From: Trichoplax sp. H2
Lineage: Eukaryota
Reading direction: 5' to 3'
Assembly: GCA_003344405.1 (NCBI GenBank)
Contig: NOWV01000114.1
Location: forward strand, 1-64,000
DNA: 64,000 nt
Position 1 is the first letter of the stretch; each line of letters starts with the position of its first letter. Of the stretch, positions 1 through 12,620 are shown piece after piece. The position numbers and the translations under genes were made by a program. The notes below the pieces were generated by a model. It searched no databases. It was not told where the DNA came from and worked only from the letters and a program-made list of their open reading frames with translations.

Positions 1-541
1 CTAAGGCAAGGTTAGTCAGTGGTCCAATCATAATCAAACTTACTTTATTCCTATTCTGATTAATTAAATTGATCATAGCATGGACGGCATGGTCTTCTCG
101 TAGTACTTTGTCTTTCCATTCTGGGTTATCATTCCTTTTTTTGATATCACCTAATCCGTCGGTCCCGTGAAAAGGAGGCGCATGGACGTGTTGTGTAACC
201 AATGGATGATCAGCTCCTGCGAAGACTGGAATATCGTCGCGCTCGCAAATTTCCAAAACGTAGGCTACATTCTTTACAACTTGGTCGACTCTGATATTAC
301 CGTTAACACATGTTATACCCAACAATTTCGATGTACGAAATGCGGATAATGCAAGTATAATTGCATTTGCATCATCAATACCACAATCGACATCCATGAG
401 TAAAAGATTTTCACTTTGTTTATTCTCTGCAATATTCGAATATTTAGCGTGGGCCAATGTTGACAATGTCTGCTGAACATTACAATATCGGCTAACAACT
501 CTTTTGCTTAGAAGATTACCAAAACATCGCATAAAAGACAT
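1..541 (-). CDS. Nucleoside hydrolase (IUNH family) paralog A, 5' part; runs off the left edge of the window
   Basis: Not in the ORF track. Manual translation from ATG 541: MSFMRCFGNLLSKRVVSRYCNVQQTLSTLAHAKYSNIAENKQSENLLLMDVDCGIDDANAI...ITCVNGNI...PFHGTDGLGD...IGPLTNLAL. Has the DxDxxxDD, HGxDG and GPLTN motifs. Confidence 0.93.
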   Translation of the reverse strand, partial: MSFMRCFGNLLSKRVVSRYCNVQQTLSTLAHAKYSNIAENKQSENLLLMDVDCGIDDANAIILALSAFRTSKLLGITCVNGNIRVDQVVKNVAYVLEICERDDIPVFAGADHPLVTQHVHAPPFHGTDGLGDIKKRNDNPEWKDKVLREDHAVHAMINLINQNRNKVSLIMIGPLTNLAL

Positions 542-739
542 CCTGAGATCTACTGTACATTAATAGTCGATTATATTATGTAATTTTTTATGGTTATTAA
601 CCTCATAAGAGATGTAGGTAGTGAGGCGACGGGTCCGCTAGTGTTATACAGTGTACTGTATAGCTTAACAATAATATAAACGTTTAGTTGAGGGATAAAC
701 GTTATTAATCCATTCTAAATTTGACACCGTAGTGTACAC

Positions 740-1130
740 TCACTGTACAGTACAGTACAGTACAGGTGATGCAGCACCTGAATGTACTGTATAGGAGGCC
801 CAGCCATAATAAGCCCGACTACTCAGATACTCAGCGTAAATAGCTTAAACGATGATACATTATTCTAAGAGTCTTTAAGCTATTTACGCTGAGTATCTGA
901 GTAGTCGGGGTTATTATGGCTGGGCCTAATGTACTGTACAGTACAGTACAGTACAGTACATAGCGAGAGCTAGTGGATACTGTACAGTGTACAGTACTGT
1001 ACTGTACTGTACTGTACAGTACAGTATGTACTGTACAGTAATTAATTATTGGATAGTGATGGACTACTGTACTGTACTGTACTGTATACTGTATACTGTA
1101 GGCTTTGTATTGTACAGTACTGTACTGTGA
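740..1130. repeat. TACAG/CTGTA pentamer low-complexity array between divergent nucleoside hydrolase genes A and B
   Basis: Runs such as gtactgtacagtacagtacagtacagtaca and gtactgtactgtactgtactgtac in both orientations. Confidence 0.9.
792..928. mobile_element. MITE-like foldback element with 54-bp inverted arms
   Basis: Arms 796-849 and 874-927 are reverse complements with 1 mismatch and a 24-bp spacer. Termini TAGG...CCTA. ATGTACTGTA lies on both flanks (782-791, 929-938). Confidence 0.7.
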
Positions 1131-1171
1131 TTGAATTTTAGAAGGAGCAGTTTGGCATTTGAACTAAAAAG

Positions 1172-2372
1172 ATGTCAGAAATTGAAACATTGATTGCTGG
1201 AAAAACTTCGCTCTTGGATACCGATGCCGGTATTGATGATGCTCATGCTCTAATGGTTGCATTAACTCATGATAATTGCCGTGAGATTGTTGGTATTACA
1301 TGTACTTACGGCAACTGTTTAGTCGATCAAGTTGTTAAAAATGTTAGCTATATTTTAGAGTGGTATGATCGAAAGATTCCAGTATATAAAGGAGCACAAG
1401 CATCCCTAATGCGGACATACGAAGATTTAGCTTTTCATGGCCTTGATGGTCTTGGCGATATTGAATATCGTTGTGATAACAAGGAATGGATAGATAGTTT
1501 GTTGCAATCAGAGCATGCCGCAATAGCTATGATTAATTTAAGTAAAAAATACGAAAAAGAAATCACTTTAGTAGCTATTGGACCATTGACGAATCTTGCA
1601 TTAGCATGCAGGATTGATGGGAATTTCCCTTCAAGACTGAAGGAATTGATTGTTATGGGAGGTAGCCATACAGGTAGGAGATATTGTGCATGCCCACAGT
1701 ACTATAACATCTATACCCCAGAATAACTCTGAGTAGATCGTCATATGTTTGGTTAGCTAACCTAACTTAGATAATATAATTATTCCTGCAACTTTCTCCG
1801 GTTAATGGACTAATAATTATAATTAATATACTGTAGTCATAATTAATTAATTTGAAAACTTTGTTCTGACTTAAATTTTAGCTATGGGTAACGCTACATC
1901 AACGGGAGAATTTAACTTTGTCGTCGATCCGGAGGCGGCTGCCATAGTTTTAGATGAATTTCCAAAATCCTGTCCCGTTAAGATTGTACCTTTAGAAGTT
2001 ACTCATGCTTGTAGCATCGAATGGGATTGGATGTACGACACATGGCTTAAACAAGATTCCCCAAAAGCTACATTGAATCGAGATATGACGAAAAACCTAC
2101 TGAAAAAAATTAAATCTGAGATACCGGAGGGTTATCCAGCCTGGGATGTGCTAGCTGTTGCTACGGCCTTGCAACCAAATTTTATTCGTGATAGTTTCAA
2201 GACCTTTATGACCGTGGAACTTCATGGCAGCAGGACAAGAGGACAAGCTGTTATAGATCGAAGGATGAAATGTGATTACCCAGTTGAAGTAATTACAAAA
2301 ATTGATAGGGAATTGCTACGAGAAATGTTATATAAATCGACCATGTCAACGGAAAGTCATGTTAGCTCATAG
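1172..2372 (+). CDS. Nucleoside hydrolase (IUNH family) paralog B, 2 exons (1172-1673, 1882-2372)
   Basis: DTDAGIDDA, FHGLDG, GPLTNLA, GNATSTGEFNF and PAWDV motifs. Phase-1 GT-AG intron 1674-1881 joins the two ORFs in frame. Confidence 0.95.
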
Positions 2373-3189
2373 TAATGACTTGACTAATTAATGAAGAGCC
2401 ACGCTAAAATATTTTGATCATACAATACACAATCGAACCCATCTTACACCTGTCAATGTGAAGTAAAATAGATCTTCGGATGATAATTAACATTACCTCA
2501 TTTACCTGCGGCAAACTTCTCGATTTGTACATACCTATTCTTTTAAGTGTAAAATTTCGTAAATAAGATGCACTCTCGTAGGCGTAAGGATGACTCCTCT
2601 TTTATGTACGTTTATAAAATATGTGTAATTTTGGAGTTACAATCTTGTAATCATCATTAGGGACAGTTCCTGTAACAATTTGACTTGTCTTATAACTTTT
2701 AGTAATTCTTAGATTGTTATCTTGATAACATGTAATAAAATTAAAAATCTTAGTTTATACTCCATTGCACATTTTAACTAATTTAATACCTGCTGTAATA
2801 ATATCTTCTTTAAGTAGCGTAAAGTAGTTTAAGCTAGACGATGATAGAAGGTATAAAGGATTTTATTGAGATATAGTTATAGGCTAACAATGATATGGTT
2901 GTTATAGATAAGGTATTTGAGATAGCAGGAACGTAGGAACTGACTAACGAGTTAGCTTACAAGGGTATTTATAGGTTTTAGATGAGATTGAGATAATGTC
3001 TTTATATGTATAGCATGTCGTCTATATGTCATCATAATGTCCGTATGTTATGAATGTTATGCAATACAGTACTTAAATGATATATGATAAGTATTCGTAT
3101 ATTAGGATATTACTATACTAGGCATCTTCTATATAAGATCATAATGTTACACCTGTATTATGTATTCAGTTTTGCTTATATTATTATTA

Positions 3190-3758
3190 CTAGTGCAAAC
3201 TCCCGTCGCTTTGCTGACGGTTTACGATAATGTGCTCATTTAACATCTTTTACGAGGTTCAGTAAGAGGTTCAGTAACTTTATACCGTGTAAACAACCTG
3301 CTATCTGAGTTTATTCGACCGAAGATAGTCTATGATGCTACAATTTATAACGGAACACTCACCACGTCCTTCAATTCATGAATGTGTGATTTAGCGGAGT
3401 TTTGATTGACCTTCGGTCGATTACCTTCTTACAAAGTGCTCTTATATGGAGATAAACTTAGGGTTACGGAAGGTGCATAATAAGCAATTGCGGTAAATTG
3501 CAGCTATCCCTAATGATGGTCACAGGACTGTGTAACTACCAGCTACTGTATTCATCAAGTGCGGTACTGTCGTTACAAGATTGTACTGTACATATTTTGT
3601 TAATGTTTTTAAACTTTTCAAGTGAAACGAAGTATTTTAGATGAAGATAATCGATTTCTTATAATTATAAATAAATATGATATCTAATTGGTGAACCTTT
3701 TCAATCTGTTGGATACCAGATGCATTAAGTATGATATATTTTAAATTGTTATATAAGA
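3190..3758 (-). mobile_element. Putative non-autonomous Helitron; 3' terminus well supported, 5' end tentative
   Basis: Minus strand reads hairpin CCGTCAGC-aaa-GCGACGG, 9 nt, then CTAG followed by T (3220 to 3190). Candidate 5' end A|TCTTATATA at 3758. Confidence 0.5.
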
Positions 3759-4272
3759 TGGATTTTCAACAATTTAAGCCTGTTGCATTTGCAATGAATT
3801 TATTACGGTTTCGGTCTATTCGGATTTACTGTACTGTAGCGCTTTCCATAACTTTTGCTGTTAAAATCGACAGACTACGAGACCATTACATAACGTAATG
3901 GCTTAGTTGTTAGTTGAATGGGAGTCGATGTGATAAATCATATGGTTTGATAATAATAATAATAAAAATCAGAATAAGTTCTTATTATCTAGTATTCACC
4001 TTAAATATTGTCAACTTTTGAGATACTGCTAGTAGTACTATGTGTTCCACATTTATTAGTTTCATAACTGAAACAGCTGTTTTTATTACACTTTTATCCA
4101 ATGAATTCCTCTAAATAGTATAACGGTACGGTAATTTCATTAATCAATTAATTTTTCTTGTAGCAACTGCTTTTGCGTTTCTATTTCTATTACTTGTAGA
4201 ACTTTAGTGTTCGCAGATAATGCAAACTGTCCCAGTGCATCTTGTCTATTGAATTTTAGAGTAAAAGCGAGA

Positions 4273-6122
4273 ATGGGTTGTCATCTTTCAAAAAAAGTCT
4301 ACCGTTATCATAATGTTTCGAGTGACCCTGGTATTAAAACGTATTCACGATATGAACATCCGAAAGAAGAATTATTACCTAGTATGCTTAAATCGGATAA
4401 AAAATGGCTAATTATTGATACAGACGCTGGTATTGATAGCGCTTTAGCGATCTTGTTGGCTCTACATCATGATGATGTGGGTAATATTCTAGCTATCACG
4501 TGCGTCAACGGAATTGTAACAGTAGATCAAGCAGTCAAAAATGTCGTATATGTTCTTAATATTTGTGATTGTGATACTATTCCAATATATAAAGGATCAG
4601 ATCGACCTCTTGTTGGAGATGGATTGGCAAACGAACCCTGTTATAATGGTCAAGATGGTTTAGGTGATATTCATGATCGTTTTGATTCTAGATTGTTTTA
4701 TAATAAAATCGTCAGGTCGGAGAATGCAATTAACATCATGGTTTCACTTGCCAGCCGGTATGAAGGAAAAATTAGTTTGATTGCCTTAGGTCCATTGACT
4801 AACTTAGCTTTAGCCTGCAAAGTAAATCGAAATTTTCCTCGGCAGTTAAGAGATTTAACAATATTAGGTGGAAGGTACTATCCAGGTACGTATCGAGACA
4901 CATGCAACATATAGTTTTTCTTAGAATAGAGGGCGCGACGTCTCTAGAGTATTAGTCTGATTTCCTATAGTATATACTGTAGGTACAATACATAAATTAG
5001 CATTAATACGTTTTATATATTACTGTGTTCCATATAATATATCTTAAATTTTAAAACAGATATCTTAAAAATGTACTATATTAGCCACGCTAGTTTCTAT
5101 GTACACACCTCGTGTGCTCCATCGTACTTAACAAAATTGCCTTTCATCATCAATACAGAATATCCTAGATTAACTTTATTGTTAATATATCTTGATATAT
5201 AAATGATAATTCGAAATCTATTTCTTATATCTATATCGTAATAAATTCGTCCCGTGTATCTCATCTCAATTTCATGTACGTTTATAGTTCTTTACTTTCT
5301 GTAAATCTTCCAATACAATTTCCTGCTTTCTACATAATAGAATCTCACTCTAAAGTTCGTATACTGTGTGAACTTTCATCTTATACTACAGCATTTATAT
5401 TATTGTCCTATTTACTACTTGTAACTATTTTTCTTTGCACATGATTTATTTACTAGCTAATTTTCTTATTACAAAATTGACTTATCACAGTTTGTATGAG
5501 GCTATTTACTACAGGTGTATATTCATATACTCTATTTCTGTAGCATTCTTTCATATGATTATAGGTAATACTACATGCTAGTGTGATCAATGCTGAGTCA
5601 TCTAACGATTTGTGCTTGAAAAACAATTATAAAATCAATTTGTAATTGATAGGTCTGGAAGATGCGCTAAACAGTAAAGAATCAAACTTTCTGATAGATC
5701 CAGAAGCCGCTCACATAGTGCTAAAAGAATATCCCCTTATGTGCCCTACGCGTATCATTAATGGAGAAACAGTAGTCCATCATCCAATAAATTTCCAGTG
5801 GACAAATGATGTTTGGTTGAAGAATGATACCAAAAAAAGTGGTTTTGTTGAACAAATTGTTAGTAAAGCCTTACAATTCTATCGACGGAGAGATACTAAC
5901 GGATATTATGTCTTTGATCCAACAGCAACGGCTGTTGCTATTGATCCACATATCGTCATTGGTGCTACTCAAATCAAAGTGGAAGTTAATTTGAGAGATC
6001 CTGATTGTCGAGGTCATATAGAAATTAAGTTGCAAGGCTCTGAGGAAGATGGAAATTTACTTCTTGTTCAAAACATTAACGTTGATGTGCTGAAAGACAT
6101 GCTCTGGAACACAGTTAAATGA
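4273..6122 (+). CDS. Divergent nucleoside hydrolase-like paralog C, 2 exons (4273-4885, 5653-6122)
   Basis: First ATG after in-frame TAA (4141) gives MGCHLSKK.... Motifs DTDAGIDSA, GPLTNLA, ESNF, YYVFDP. Phase-1 intron at the same position as in paralogs B and D. Confidence 0.9.
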
Positions 6123-7352
6123 TAATAATAAGCCTTATTTTACAGACTTATTTGTCTGTCTCAAACACGGTATTATTCCTAAGTAATATTTAGCATAAGT
6201 TTATTTGTTACTCGTAGTGGTATTTAATTATTACTGCATAAGGCATAAAACACAGATTTAAGTTATTACGAATTATTAAATCGATATAATTTGTCATGGA
6301 TAAAAGCAGATACATATTTGCATATAGTAGACAGGAAAATATTTTTAGTTCCCTTAGCTTAAAGTAAGCAGGGTTTCTAAAAATACCGGTAGCACGTGCA
6401 AAATCCGTTAGCGTAAGGATGATTACTAGTGATAACTCAAATATTTCTAAAGTAATACTAAGGATATACGTAGTAATGCACCAATATTAGATGTTGTTAC
6501 AAATTATGATTAAGTGCAAGTTAATACAGTCACTGTAAAATCAATTCGAAATGCAGTAATACTAGTTGAGTCTGCATAAGAGAAAGGAATTTAGCCATAT
6601 TAATGTCCCTAACTATCGAGAAATTATATATTTATCATCTATTTAAAGTTATTAATAGTAATTTGATATTTGTACTACAGTATATCATTAATTAGCCAGT
6701 CATAAAATTGCTATCACGCAATCATTTACCTCGATTCTTTATTAATAAACTTAAAAAATTAATAACCAAAACATGAACAAATTTTAAAGCAGTTATCGCC
6801 TTAGAAGAATATTAATCACGGTAGTCAACTCGGCGATTATACAACACTTTATGCAATAGATAAAATAATATTGCTCGTCTCTAGAAACGCTCTTATAGCA
6901 AACTAATTTATGTATACAAAGATATTTAGCTGTATGTAATTTCCAATCTTAAACAGCCAATAAAAATGTTCAAATCCTTTTTAGTGATTAAAAAATATCA
7001 TAACAATATAAGGCTACCAATTAATTTAGACATTAACGAAGGTTTCGTAAATGACTAATTTACGTCTTCAATAATTATAATTATATTGACTTGAGTTACT
7101 AAATTTAATTAGGAGCCAATAACAATGTCAAGGGGAAAAACTAAAATAATAGCTTATACTGCTTATAAATAATTAAGCCGCATTTCAAAACTACTAGGGA
7201 CGAAATTAAAATTTTCCATGCGGCATATATTACATTTGATGAACTTTCTGTATCTGCATCGATGGAAGTCAATCAACATTAAACTCACTGAAAAGTATTA
7301 TGAACAAATTTTGCCATCCTCAAGTCTTTACACCAGAAGAATTTTAGATTTG

Positions 7353-9963
7353 CTAGCGACATTCCCAAACTTTAATCGTTAAATCAACACTACCTGTGAT
7401 AACGAACGGTGACGAACGATGAAAATCTGAAAAAACAACGACATTAGGATCTAACCAACTTAATTAAAACGTCAAAACAATAATTATTGTGAAGCACGTT
7501 ACTAAACAACGCTGCTTCTGTACCTATTGTAGTAACAAAATGATTATGAGCCTCTAGACTTTTTGAACATCTTTTATGTCTTAATTCCCAAATTTTGATA
7601 GTCTTATCGTCCGAAGCGCTAGTAAGGTATTTACCACCAGCATGAAATGCTAAACCTCTAACCCAATTATCATGGCCCACCTATGATAATTAAAAATAAC
7701 TATGAGCGCAAGATACTTCTTTTTAAGGCTATTAGCGTCATACACAAAAATAAGGGTATACCAATGAAAATAGGCAAACTGCAGTAGTGACATCCCATAT
7801 TTTAATTACACGATCTCGAGAACCAGAAGCTAAAAATGGGCCAGACTTTTGTCCCTTCGGCACTTCTGTACCACTGGCCTCATTAATATACCTATTGCAA
7901 CTTTCTGGAGCCCACTTAATACATTCAACTACATGTTCATGACCTCTCAATTCTTCTTTGCATTCTTTACTGGATAGTGACCAAATGCGAACAGTCTAGA
8001 AAGGTAAATGATTGCAATAAATCTTAAAGTTTCTACAAAATTTTTTAATATTTACGTTTATACGATAGCGAGAGCATTTCACCTGATCGTTGGAACAACT
8101 TGCCATTAGAGATCCTAAAGAATTAAGGTGCAGTTGTTGAATTATAGGCTACAAAATTGTAACATTCAAATTGCGCTAATAATATCGCTAACCGTCAGAT
8201 GCAACAGCAACTCGTCTCACCCATTCCCTATGACCTTCGAAATTATAAACACAGTACCTAACAGAATACGGCAAATCATACTACGATTAAATGCGTATAA
8301 ACGTTAACGATTTCTTAGAGGCTAATACTAACCCAGTTGCAACTTCCCACATTTTAATAGTTTTGTCTCTTGAGGAAGATAATAAAAAGTCGCCGGACGG
8401 GAGAAAGCATACCGATGAAACATTATGATCGTGACCTTAAAGTAATATCATTTTGACATCACAAAAATGTCCAGTTAGAGTAATGTTCATATGATTATTA
8501 ACAAGCCGTTATAAAACTGACCACGAAGTGTCATTCTGCATTCAAAAGTTTGAAAATCCCATATTTTGACAGTCATATCAGCAGAGGAAGATGCTGTCGA
8601 AAAGTGTTACAAGAAATATCTAATAAATTTAATGTAAAATAGCTATTAAAATTGCAAGATTAAAAGCTTACCGAGTAATTTACCACTAGAATCAAAGGCC
8701 AAATCTTGAACTGAATCAGTATGTCCTCTCAATGTTCTTTCAAAATCGCCAGATTCATAATCCCAGATCTAAGAAAAATAGCGCGTTAATCAACTGTAAA
8801 AGCTTATCCTTTATCATAAAATAATTATACCCTAATATAAATTAATATAACCTTCATCGAGGCGTCTTCTGATGAAGAAACCATAACGTTATATACTGGG
8901 TGGAACACAACACAGGTAATAGGACTTCGATGACCAGAAAGACTATGTCTATAAAGTACAATCGATAATTTGTTTTATAACACTTGGCTCAACGTGAGAA
9001 GCAGAATAGAGAATTCGATAAATTACTTTTCCGGTGGTCTGGGGATCCAGTCGTTTGAGGAACGAGAATTTCTTGTTGGAACTGCACAGTTAAGTAGATG
9101 GTATTAATACCATAATGATAACACTAATGTTACAGATAAATCTTCTAACCTCCGCTGTTCATTTCTCTTGTTGTATTATTAAGCCTTAATTCAAGATCCA
9201 TAACCTATCATCATAAAATAATCTTATCCTTCATAATGGTTCATTTGTTCATATTAATAATGAGGATAATTATAATTCTTTAGTAATTGATAACTTTTAC
9301 GCAGGCATTTATCATTTGTGGCAATTTTAAGATTATGCTTACTTTCTTCTGCAATCTTACTACTGAGGTCCATTTTTTCTCTAATAAGCCGCTGTACTTT
9401 TTGTTATCAATTTCCTTGGGCTAACAAGATCAAAACGAATATAGAATTTCATCAGCAGTATTTCATGGTTCTAGTACAGTTACAAAACGAAAATTAATCT
9501 ATTTTAACTACTCCTTCAATGTATAGCGCCCTCAGAGAGAAAAATAGGATCCAGCAGACTAAGAAAGGTAAATAGAAGTTATAAGAGTAGCTATGGCCAC
9601 GTACAATTGATGCATCTTTTTTAAAGGCTTCCAGGGCGTTAGTATATCCACATGATTGAAGGTAATCAGCGACAGCGAAACGCCTAGCGTTGGTAAATGG
9701 TAGAGTTAAAATAATCTGTTCATCAATCCATAGCTAACAAGTCTCTTATCGCAATAAAAATTGTATATCATATACGCGTGCAGTACATTTTATTAAAATA
9801 AGCAGATTAGTGACCGTTCTAGAGACAATATAATAAAACTTCATTGCTATAATACTTAACATTGTATCCATCTCATTTTAATATTATATATAATATCAGC
9901 TTATGGTTAGGGGTTAAAGCTTGGAACTTACAGTTCTTCTTCTTGCTTTGGTGATAGTACCAT
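7353..9963 (-). CDS. PAFAH1B1: Lissencephaly-1 homolog (LisH + coiled coil + WD40), multi-exon
   Basis: Spliced exons give [19 protein letters not shown]...[16 protein letters not shown]...DWIPRPPEK...GHEHVVEC...GHDNWVRG...VWECR*. Confidence 0.96.
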
Positions 9964-12469
9964 ATTCGGATAGTTGTACGCAAAGATTGCAGGTATACTT
10001 ACGCTACAAAAATTCCTTTTAAGCTACTTTAGACCTACAATACACTATGGAGCCATTAAAAATAAAGCACACGTTATACAATATCCAGATAACTACTAGG
10101 CAAAATCTATTCCAGAATCACAAATCATAAATTACAGTACTAAAACTTTGCCAAAAGGGACGAAATTGCCCATAATTCGTACTTTGTCGCCGATATATTG
10201 TGCTATAAATAGATACTATAATAAAATAAATCTGAGTCTGTTTTTGATCAACTCAATTAATGGTTTAAAAAAATCAGATAAGAACTTGTAGGTAGGATGC
10301 ATGCGTTTCTTCACGTAGATCATCAAATCGTAACGTGCGTCACAGACGCTTTACAATAATACTAACGTAATTTTTTACTAAATCGTTTATTAGAGCGGAT
10401 CATCAGGCAGATTATTATGATTAACTAACCTGAATCAAGAAATACAATGATGTAGTAAAATTCCCTTTACATTTAAATAAATACCGTATCAGATGAGGGC
10501 AATCTCTCAACCCGACGTATCAAATTATATTGGGAGCTATTTTGCTAAGAACTTCTGTCTACAGCACTGTATTGTTTCTAGTCTATATTAAGTGTCCGTA
10601 CACGCGTAACGTATTGCCAATGGCAATGGGAGAGGTAAAGGAAGCAACCCTAACAATTGTATTTAATGTAAATAGAATCAATACAGTATTTCCCCAGATG
10701 CAATAATGCACTGTTTTCTAACTTAAACTTCGAATACAGTATTCATTCAAATTTCAAAACAACAAAATACTTGTGGACTTTGATATGTTACTAAAAGTAT
10801 TTCAACTGTAGTATAGCAATAGGACATTTAAGACTATTCTAGGTCACGATGTAAAATATTTCAAATAGAGATTGCTCTTGTAAGATTTTAATAATTCTAA
10901 TTTCATACATCATTTAGCATGTAACGCAGTACAATTATTCAATGCTACTAGACAATTCTGTCGAGGGGACTTTGCACAATAATGTACTTCAGTGTATCGT
11001 ATCACATAAAGTTTTTTAACTGGATCGCAAGAAAGATGCATAGTGTATAAGCAGTATCTCTCGCGATTCATTAAATATAGACTACTGGATACAGACCAAA
11101 AGATAAGTCTTCATTCAAGTTAAAATTGTCATACGAATATGGTGCAGAGAAGAGTGCTCTGTAGACCACCTTGCATTCGTGGTTGAACTGAATCAAATCA
11201 GCCATAGCGGCCCATACTCATACTCATACATGCGGTAAACGAATCAACAAACTGAGATGTAAGCGTACATGCCCAACTAGCAGTTTACTTCTTTCGCACC
11301 CACGGAATACTGTAATTAATGGAAGGACAACTGTATTTAACACCGTTTATAGCATGGATCTCATTAATAAACAGTTGTGTAAACCGACCGCGACTTGTTG
11401 TAATGTGAAATTAGATAATTTATAATGTATACAGTATATTTAAACGATATTCCTCACCTTTATAAAGTATGTATACAGTACAGTACTGTCCATTTACTCG
11501 TATTCGATCCTGAATTAATTAATTACTAAGTGAATAAGATACTCAGGCGCAATGAATTTGCGTTACCTTACTAGTATGTAGGGATCGATTGCAATAATTG
11601 TAAGGTCTAGTAATGTAAATGCAGAAAGTACTACTGTACTAGAGGCAAAAACATTAGAGCACTGCTTCTGTCTAACATACCATGAATGTATAGTGCGTGT
11701 ACAGTATTAATTAACATGGTCTCTGAATAGTGGAAAACGTAGTGTTTCTGTTCTCCACGATCAAGGTGATCAAGGAAATATTACAACTACAGCATCACTA
11801 CTGTACAATCCAAAACTTGATTAGGTGCTATAAGTATAACCGTGTGAACTAAAGTCAAGAATGATAGCGTCGTAGTGCCATAAACTAATGATAATTTGTC
11901 AGTAAATTCAATCAAAATAGGTCGTGAAACTTTTAAATTTTGCGAGAATTCTAAAACTGAAATAGCAAATCATGTTCAAGATACTGTACGTAATAGAAGG
12001 CGTTTGCGTAAAAATGCAATTAATAAGAGGCCGCTGCTATAAAAATTGTTTAACACTGGATTCAAAAATAACCTACCTACAATATATAATGTATCAATAA
12101 CGGTTTTCTTATATTTGTTCAATCGCTTTTAATTCTTCCTATAAATTGGAAATTGTAGCATTTAATAAATAAAAGTATTATCCATAACCTCTGCAGCTTG
12201 TACGCGAAAGCACTGTGCAATGCAAAACGACGCCGATCTGGATTTTAGAAGTCAATGGCTCAAGAGACACTACAGTATGTACAGCTTGTTAGCTTTTTAA
12301 AGGTTGCAGCACAGTATCGTGCATCATACATAGTACAATACTGTAGCATGTTGCGGCTGCGTGAGCGCTCTTGCTCAGCACGCGATGTCGTAGATTAACT
12401 TGAATATAATAAAAAATATACAGTATATAAATATAATATACTGCCATTAGTAAGTAACACTAGCTGCCA

Positions 12470-12620
12470 TAGTACAGTACTGTACTACTCACTGCTTAGT
12501 GCTAAAAAATTTTAATTTACAGTACAGTATGTACTGTACAGTGTGCACTGTACTGTACAGTACAGAATACTGTACAACTGTAATACAGTACAGTACAGTA
12601 CAATACTGTACTGTACTGTA
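12470..12620. repeat. TACAG/CTGTA array next to a relatively GC-rich patch; candidate LIS1 promoter region
   Basis: Dense tacagtacag/ctgtactgta runs about 2.5 kb upstream of the LIS1 ATG. The repeat is certain; the promoter role is inferred. Confidence 0.75.

Noticed and set aside
167-498. Track ORFs 167-349 (+) and 313-498 (-)
   Set aside because: They overlap the real nucleoside hydrolase A frame antisense or out of frame.
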